Assembly (NCBI GenBank): GCA_025786725.1
Contig: JAHLTZ010000032.1
Span: forward strand, 248,001 to 312,000
Reading direction: 5' to 3'
Source of the DNA: Syncephalis fuscata S228
Taxonomy: Eukaryota; Fungi; Zoopagomycota
Length of the DNA: 64,000 nt
Within the stretch, counting starts at the first letter, position 1. Every line of letters begins with the position of its first letter. Made by a program: the position numbers and the translations under genes. The notes below the pieces were generated by a model that did no database searches, was not told the origin of the DNA, and worked only from the letters and a program-made list of their open reading frames with translations. Shown piece by piece: positions 55,932-64,000 of this stretch.

Positions 55932-56927
55932 CTATAGTGTGTGATATGTCGAATATTCAGTGTCGAGCTGCGAATGACCAGGTATATGAGTGGTTTTTGG
56001 ACGATTAGATAGTTTGGTAGCATTTTTATGCGTTTACAATGGTTGTTCAGTAATGTGCTAACAACCACCCTATCGTGCATGTGTTAGCGAGGCATTATAA
56101 ATTGTCGGCCACACTTACCAATCTCCAGTAAAAAATAAATCAGCATTACTTCCGCCTATTTGAAGCGGTATGCAGATACAGCAGATAATATTGAATAGAG
56201 CGGCAAGAAACATTATTTGAATACCATCGTGTGCCAATCGTTTCCACGCTTCCGATCCAAGCGCACGATACTGTTGCAAAGCCGTACGACAAAAGACGGC
56301 AGAAAGAAGTACATTAAGCGGTATTATAGTTACGGTCCAGACCCAAATAAAAAACGGCGGATAATGAATAGCACAGCCATTTGGTACATCCAATGTGGCA
56401 AAACAGCCAAATATTACCATAAAAGCAAAACTTAGTTGCGGCAGAATTAGTGGAATACACGTATATAAAACCCATTTTTTTCGGTAAAGAATTAGATATG
56501 CCTTCTGAAGCAATATCAAGCTATTACAAAAATATGTAACTGACATTCCAAATCCGATGGACCATATTAAATATCGACAGTTAAAGCAAAAGCCTAGATA
56601 CACCAGTATAAATGTTGTAATAGTGATAACACCCGTAGCTGAAGGAATAAAACAGCACCAAGAGGCGAGAAGATGTGGACGGTTGAGAACCATTTTGGCT
56701 GAGATATATACATTGAGTGCGATAACGGGGAGGGCTCCCATTACAAATGCTATCTGGAATCTGATGCCTGAAAACTGGTCGTATTTTCTATTTCCGCTTT
56801 CAAAGCTTTGTACCTCGAAATCAAGCAAATTCATCTCGCCATATGGATGGAGTGGGATTCCCCATACTTTGGTGGCATTATTTTGCCATTCAAGCTCTTC
56901 TGGATTGCTATAGTTGAATACTGGCAT
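55932..56927 (-). CDS. Lineage-specific 7TM GPCR-like family member 1
   Basis: WGIPLHPYGEMN, SWCCFIP, CR, LILLQKAYL, GCAIHYP, GSEAWKRLAHDGIQ, GDW|intron, NRPKT; 1-nt deletion in the last exon. Confidence 0.75.
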
Positions 56928-58393
56928 TGTAAAATGGTGGGAACTGATATCTAGGAATAAATGAAAATACAAGAATTATTATTTACAGAAAAAACTAAAC
57001 CATTCTACTTTATACCATCTAAGCTCAAAGTTATCCAAGCACATTGTCTCGGCAATAAAACCGGTAATTATATGCAGTTTTAAACCAGTTCTACGCGTGA
57101 ACTAAAGCATTGTCTGCTCAGATTTCCTTTATATATAATATCGGAATTAACCTCATATATGCAATGAATTGATTTTAAAGTATAACTGCCATATATATGG
57201 CACGATATTACAAAACTATGCACATTTCATGTATGTTAGTAGCTAAATGAATACAAGTACTTTAGAAAATGTACTGGAACCAAGAACCAATTTCCGATGG
57301 GTTTTCCAATCGTGCCACGTGATTGCTTAATTTGGCAGTAATGCACTAAAGTGTGTTTTTTTGCTATACACAATCGTCTCTCTGCTGGCTTGTGTGTCAT
57401 AATATAATGAGAAATCTTACCAATATCATGTATCATATTTTATCTTTATCGTCAAACTGATTATATTGTACTATACTAGTGTAGTATAATGACAGCTCAT
57501 TACATCTATGTAATTAAAATTTAAAAATCGATGAAATTAAGTAATACGAGCTATATACAAGCTGTGGCTAGTGAGTTGCTTTAAGATTGAATTATTCTAG
57601 AATTAAATAATTAAAAAAGATCCATTCAAAATGAGCATTAAAATATATTTATAGCAATATTGCACAAATACAGCTTCACTATTTTACAATAATGTGCTTA
57701 ACTAATGGCATTTTATATGTAGTAAACGCTTGTATAGTTGGTAATGATAATCGATGCATCACACAATACTTTAAATATCGCGATGTTGGCATTACAGCTT
57801 AACATGAGCTGCTTTGTAATGTGATTGTTTTAATTTTAACGTAAATGTTAGTTATAGTAAAATTTGATAGTTATGAATTATTGTGATCAGACTGATTGTT
57901 AATTTCAGTAGCAATCATTCGTGGTAAACGCACCATAATTTGTTGATGTTTAAATTTTCGTAAGTGAATATGATAGCGTAGAGATTAAAATAATAAACAA
58001 CAACTAAATTTATTTAAAATGCTGCTGGTAGTCTGGCATATTGGTGCATGTATTAAATCACTTAATTAGCAATTAATATATTTTGCTTTTGTGCAGAATA
58101 ATACTATCACTTCAAGGTATAAAACTGTTTTAGGATGACTGACGATAAAGCATGTAAAAGATGGTAAAACTGCATGTGCAATGAGTCTATTTACACACAA
58201 TCTTTGCTGCGTGCACTTGTTTTTCTATATATGTCACCATTTACCGGTTTGTTATGCAGGCAACCAAGGCCGGCAAATCTAGCTTTTTACCATTGTCTTT
58301 TCGATTCCGCCGGCCTTATCCAATTTCACTTACTCTAATTCACCTACAATCTTATAAGCGTCTTTGTATAATCATACTAAACATATCCCATTA

Positions 58394-59377
58394 ATGCCTA
58401 TCATCAGCGATACCGATCCAGCAGAGGTCGAGTGGATAAAGAATGCCACTACACTGTGGGGAATTCCACTTCATCCGCTCGGTGAGCTAGATTTATACGA
58501 TTTTTACACTCAAACAATTAGAGAATCACCCGAAAAGCACCACTCAATGGCCGGCGGCAAACTTCAAGTGATATTTACTATAATAGTGCTATCTATACAT
58601 GTACGAAATTTTATTGTTTCGAGTAAAATGATAGCATCTTCTCCTCATTCGCTTGCCCCATGGTGCTGTTTAATATCTGCTTTTCTAGGCTTTGTGGCAG
58701 GCTCGACCTATATTTTTGCATTTTTAGGCCTTCTTCTAAAGTGCCGAGTCGTAGTATGGCTTGTTTTGTTTAAGCTAGCTTTGGTGTACTTTTTTAATAG
58801 CCTAATACTGCTACAAAAAGCCTATCTGGTACTGTATCGTAAAAAATGGATTATATACATTAGCATTCCATTTATGCTAATGCAGCTTGGTTTTGGCGTA
58901 TTCAGCATATACTTTAGCTATGTCAAATTAGAAGCAGAAGCCGACTGTACGCTACATTATGTATATACCTAATTTACTACTGGCTTGTAATTAGCATACC
59001 GCTCAATGTATTCTTCTCTGTTATTTTCTCCCGTGTCGCATTTCAACAGTATTCGGTGTATGGATCGGATGCATGGAAGCGATTAGCACGAGACGGTATT
59101 CAAGCAATGTGCTTGGCAGTATTTTGCAATCTATTTTTCTGTGCACTGCTCATGTTTCAGATAGGCAAAAGTAGATCAGATAACTGTTTCGTCTTGGATC
59201 TGTAGGTACTATACGATTATTATTTCAACTTACTAATACACTTTTAGAGTAATTGTCACCACTATATTGGTCAACCATTGCCAAAACATGCGTAAAGTCA
59301 GCAGGATCTCCAATCGTCCAAAAACCAGCTATATACCTGGATATTCACAAATTGACACTGAAAACAGCAAACAATAA
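58394..59377 (+). CDS. 7TM GPCR-like family member 2 (frameshift ~58965)
   Basis: WGIPLHPLGELD, PWCCLI, CR, LILLQKAYL, GSDAWKRLARDGIQ; same terminal intron position. Confidence 0.72.
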
Positions 59378-60164
59378 TACTTTATAATAGAGACTCTGTT
59401 GCCAAAATAGTATTAATAAATACTTTAGTTTAAATATCATGTTTTGCACATGCATAAACAATGCTTGAATTTTATTTGTTGTTCGGGACAGTTTAAAAAA
59501 GCCAAAAAATGATAATAAACAGTTAAGCCTCTGTGTTTTTTCTGTGCTTTCTCTGCATTTAGTATGATGTTACAGTTACTATTCAACTTAATTAAATAGA
59601 GCTGTGTAGTAAAATGATTAAAAATAATTGGTCGGTGTATAGTCATCAACTTGAAAATTAGTTATTGTCAGCTTTTACAACATATGCATGACACCAGCCA
59701 TAACACGATTTATATTTTAAAACTTTTGCCATTTATAGGAATATATAGAAAGAGAAAAACAAAGGTCCCACAATCCTTAGTATTTAGTTAGAAATCGTTC
59801 CAAAAAAGGCTATTTTTGTAACCACTGTGTAAATACAAAATATCTCGACAAGCTGCTTGTACTGTGAAGGCACATATAAATTATAATGCATCACGGTCGC
59901 GCTACCACGTCCCAACTTCAGTACAGTATCTGCCGCTTTGGATGAGCGACTGGGTTATCGTCTAGGTAGAGCAACATTTGGATGCAAGTTCAAATGTGCC
60001 AGCCTTTGAGTCTGACCTTTGCCTATTATACTCCGCATTGTTTAGAATTATGTGCTGGTACAAATTTATCATTGCATTTTTAACAAAGTATAAGTATAGT
60101 AATAAATATCAGCTTAGTTTTATTATTTAGACTTTGCTAAAGGTAAGGTAGTTATAATGCTTCA

Positions 60165-61146
60165 TTAGATTGCAGAACTTGCGATATGAAATTGTGACTG
60201 TCCAGGAATGTAGCTAGTTTTGGACGATGTGAAAGATTGGTGACTCGTCGTATATCTGGCAATGATGAGTCAATATTGTGCTGACGATTACCCTGAGCAA
60301 TAGTCAATAAATAGTAACTATCAGCGTAATAGTACTTACCAGTCTCCGGGGAAAAAGTAGGTCAGCATTGACTCCACCCACTTGAAATTCAATACAAAAA
60401 TAACAGAATATGTTGCAGAATACGGCCAGACACATTGCTTGAATGCCGTCACGCGCCATCTTTTCCAAGCATCCGATCCATATGTGCGATATTGTTGGAA
60501 TGCAATACGGCAGAAGATAATAGAGAAGATTACATTGAGCGGTATGGTAATACTGAACCAGTACCACATCAGGAAAGATGAATAGTGTGCAACGCAGCCT
60601 GTTTCCGCTTCCAGAGTAATGTATGTGTAAAATATAGAAAGAAATGGGTACGGCATTTGTAATAATATTGATGGAATACCAACGTATAGCACCCATTTCT
60701 GTCGACAAAGTATTAGATAAGTCTTTGAAGTACTATTAACCATTGCACGTATAAACTACAGTTATTCCGAATACAATGGCCCACAAGACGTATCGGCAAG
60801 TAAAGAAAATGCCTAGCTGCACCATTATAATAAGCAAGCCGGTTAAGATGCCCAAAAATGCTGGGATCAGACAGCACCATGGAGCAAGTATTCGTGGCCG
60901 CTCGACTACCATTTTAACGGAAATAACAAAATTATTGAAAACAATAGAGAGCATCATAATGGTAAACACTATCTGAAATTTGCTTCCAACTAAACGATGG
61001 CGCTGTTCCTGCAGATCGTTGGGTGTCTGCATATAAAAGTCAAATATATTCATTTCACCAAGTGGATGGAGAGGAATGCCCCAAAACGTCTTGGCATCCT
61101 TCATCCACGCGGTTTCTGTAACGTTGGTATAATCGATAGACGGCAT
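60165..61146 (-). CDS. 7TM GPCR-like family member 3 (several frameshifts; pseudogene or sequencing error)
   Basis: WGIPLHPLGEMN, PWCCLIP, TCR, GCVAHY, GSDAWK..ARDGIQ spread over three frames. Confidence 0.65.
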
Positions 61147-62056
61147 TAGTGAATTATTATAATGTATAAAATAATAACAAATATTTTAAAGACTGAGGTA
61201 AGCTAGTACAAAGTGAAAAAGAAACGATACTCATTTAATGGCGAACTAATCAACAAGCCATTTAATAATACCATGCCTTGTGGCTATGCATGTTAAACCG
61301 GTATTCAATCCTCGTTTGTCCTTGCACTAAAATCAACAAACTAATGCACACGACTATTGTATCATCTGCCTTTTTTACACTAGAAAATAAGTCTGCTACA
61401 CTATTGCATATCTTACTAGTATGAGATTGCTATTATGTTCTGTTTATGAATATTGCACACGATCGATTGATTTTTGAGATATGTAAAATTATGTGGTGAC
61501 TTAATGTAGCAATCAACTGCAAATCCATCCAAAGGTTTGTTATACATACTGCCAATTAGTACAAACTGTTTACCTGCTTTGAGTCCCCTCAGGTGACACG
61601 AAACCGCATGCATACTGCAGCTAAACGTCACGTGCAGGCTTCGTTTCGTTGTTTTTTCGTAATCCACCTTGAATGATAGCGCGAGGCTTTGATGAAATCA
61701 ACGCCAAGTGGCTGTGTGGACTGATTCCATGTTACCAGGCCGATGAATCAAACGCTGATAACGCATACGGTGGTAGCATTTAATAAGCTGATACAATTTC
61801 AATAGTTTTCAATAAATGATCTAACGCTAAAACTATATTAAAGCAATAAACCCCATAAAATATTGCTTGGTACATAAAATGTTTGCAGCATTTGTATTCA
61901 ATTCTATTAACATTTGTATGTGTAAATTATTATGAAAAGTTATGCTTTATTCTACCTTGAAATTACTGCATTGCTTTCGCCAACATATATGAAATAAAAA
62001 CAGCAACTTTGAATACTACTTTACTACGTTGAAAGTAGTTTTGAATCAGTTTTAAG

Positions 62057-63034
62057 TTAAATCCTTGAGCTGGCAATGCCAATCTGAGAGCTTCCATGTA
62101 GATAGCTGATTTTTGGACGATGTGAAAAATTGGTGACTTGTCGCATATTTTGGCAATGGTGGGTCAGTATTGTGCTGACGATTACCCTAAGCAATAGTTA
62201 GTAAATAGTAACTATCAGCGTAATAATACTCACCAGTCTCCGGGGAAAAGTAGGTCAGCGTTGATTCCGCCTATTTGAAATGCTATAACAAACCAGCAAA
62301 AAATATTGCACAATACAGCCAAACACATCGCCTGAACGCCGTCGCGTGCCAAACGCCTCCAGGCATCCGAGCCATGCGTGCGATATTGTCGAAAGGAAAC
62401 GTAGCAGAAAATAGCAGAGAGCAATAGATTAAGCGGCAAAGTGATACCAAGCCAGTACCATATAATAGCCGGAGGGTAATGCGCAACACAGCCGGCTTCT
62501 GTCTCTATCGTGACATAGGTGAAACAAACACTAAAAATAGGATATGCTAGTTGAGGCACCATCGATGGGATGCCAACGTACAGCACCCATTTTTGCCGAC
62601 AAACAATCAAATATGCCTTCTGAAGCAGTATCAATCCATTGGAGATGTACACTATAGATATTCCAAACACAATGGCCCATAAAACATCTCGGCAATGAAA
62701 GATGTAGTCCAACTCCATCATTATGATAATCAAACCAGTTATTATGCCCAAAATAGCAGGAATCAGGCAACACAAGAAGATAGCACACGTGGCGATTCAC
62801 CACCATTTTGATAGAAATATCAGGTGTTGAAACGATAGCAATCATTATGACGGTGAATATTATTTGGAATCTATTGCCCGCCAATTGATTGTGTCGTTCT
62901 TTTAGATTGCCAGGTAGTTGCGTGTAGAAATCAAATACACTCATTTCTCCGGTGGATGAGCGGAATTCCCCATAGTCATCAGCATCCTTAATCCACTCCG
63001 TCTCTTTTAGATTGCTATAATTGATGATTGGCAT
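62057..63034 (-). CDS. 7TM GPCR-like family member 4 (frameshifts in the 5' third)
   Basis: MPIINYS..W, GEMSVFDFYTQ, CCLIP, HCR, LILLQKAYL, GCVAHYP, GSDAWRRLARDGVQ, PGDW|intron; closest to member 3. Confidence 0.68.
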
Positions 63035-64000
63035 TAATGATTTTTGTATAATATATGGGTAAATATAGAGCTGTATAAATATTACTAAAAACAAACCGAA
63101 GAAAGAGGATGCAATAGCGAGGATACCGACTAACCAGCTGTTCCATAATAACCAACTATACTTATATGCTGTTTTCAGATCTAATTAAATGTTAAACTTG
63201 CTTGTGTGCATGCAAAGTAAACCGGTAAGTGAACACAACTCATTTTTGCAAAACAACAGGTGAACAATATGTACGATAGCCTTACAACCTGTTTCACCAT
63301 TTGCAAATCAATGCGATTCGTTCCATCGTGCTTAATTAACGTAAAATAATGGTCATACTAAGGGTACTCGTATAATGAATGAAAATTTGCCTCGTTGTAC
63401 ATACGAGACTCTTTAACATTTCTACTTAGTGGTATTTAGTGACTTTATGTAACAACTTGTAAACATTATTAATAAATTATTAAAAATCGCGTGGTTTTTA
63501 TGCTGAGTCTTTAAATGGTGTCAAGAAGCATACAAGCAGTAACCAAGCAATACAACTTCGTCCATCGTGTTAATGACCCGTCACGTTCTTGGCTAGTACA
63601 TTAGCATAGGATTACAGCGGGTTTTGCATGCACTGTGATGGCGGTAATTCAACAACAGTACAAACTCATAGTCGTAAATATTGTATTAATGGTTGATTTG
63701 ACTGATGTAGCATGCATTCTGGTCATTAAGCGCAATAATATTGATTATCCAAATAATCTATAATTGACACTATTGCTGTATGTTGCTATAATCAGTTTTA
63801 TATATTTTGCAATCAAGCTATACTGCTAATACTGTATTGTTTCATGTTAACCTAAAAGTCACACTTGACAAATAAAATCTGCAAACAAGTCTTATGTTTA
63901 TACAGCTTGATTGATAACAAACTTCTTGTAACCATTTCTATTGAGCAGAAAGGAACATGATAAAACGTATGTGTAAACTATTAATACCACAGTAAAGCGT

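Larger units (their letters stand above)
57058..63227. promoter_or_regulatory. TACCGGTTT motif upstream of each 7TM gene (57058-57066, 58242-58250, 61295-61303, 63219-63227)
   Basis: Same 9-mer in the same orientation relative to each gene, ~130-190 bp before the ATG. Confidence 0.65.

Overview
Gene-dense, AT-rich eukaryotic DNA with short (mostly 50-80 nt) spliceosomal introns, clearly fungal. Gene content (animal-type PS synthase, EED-like WD40, minor introns, secreted kinase-like protein, tandem 'WGIPLHPxGE' 7TM family) suggests an early-diverging fungus, plausibly a zoopagalean mycoparasite such as Syncephalis (inference). About 30 protein genes were reconstructed by hand. Housekeeping genes: CSTF2/RNA15, SND2/TMEM208, MED27, ASF1, RPL26, PSS2-like, TMEM70-like, BMT6, a Chk2/Mek1-type kinase, BUD20, UreD, EED-like, two TMEM184 paralogs, UBE2Z-like, an RTF1 3' fragment, IBTK/Btb1-like, HEM15 and a PDI-family protein. 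Accessory-looking genes: a divergent 14-3-3, a 58-aa secreted peptide, a LEA-repeat membrane protein, a secreted PLD, a secreted pseudokinase and four GPCR-like paralogs. Highlights not visible in the ORF track: (1) three AT-AC introns, two textbook U12-type (BUD20, RTF1) and one unusually long one in the CstF-64 RRM with competing U2 and U12 donors; (2) an unannotated small secreted peptide under a dense CATRTG E-box array; (3) a TACCGGTTT Grainyhead-like motif upstream of all four 7TM genes; (4) a divergent PLD/pseudokinase island abutting a truncated RTF1; (5) a near-identical ~830-bp hairpin-rich element duplicated around HEM15-PDI. Many single-base deletions in purine runs look like long-read consensus errors, so frameshift or pseudogene calls are provisional.
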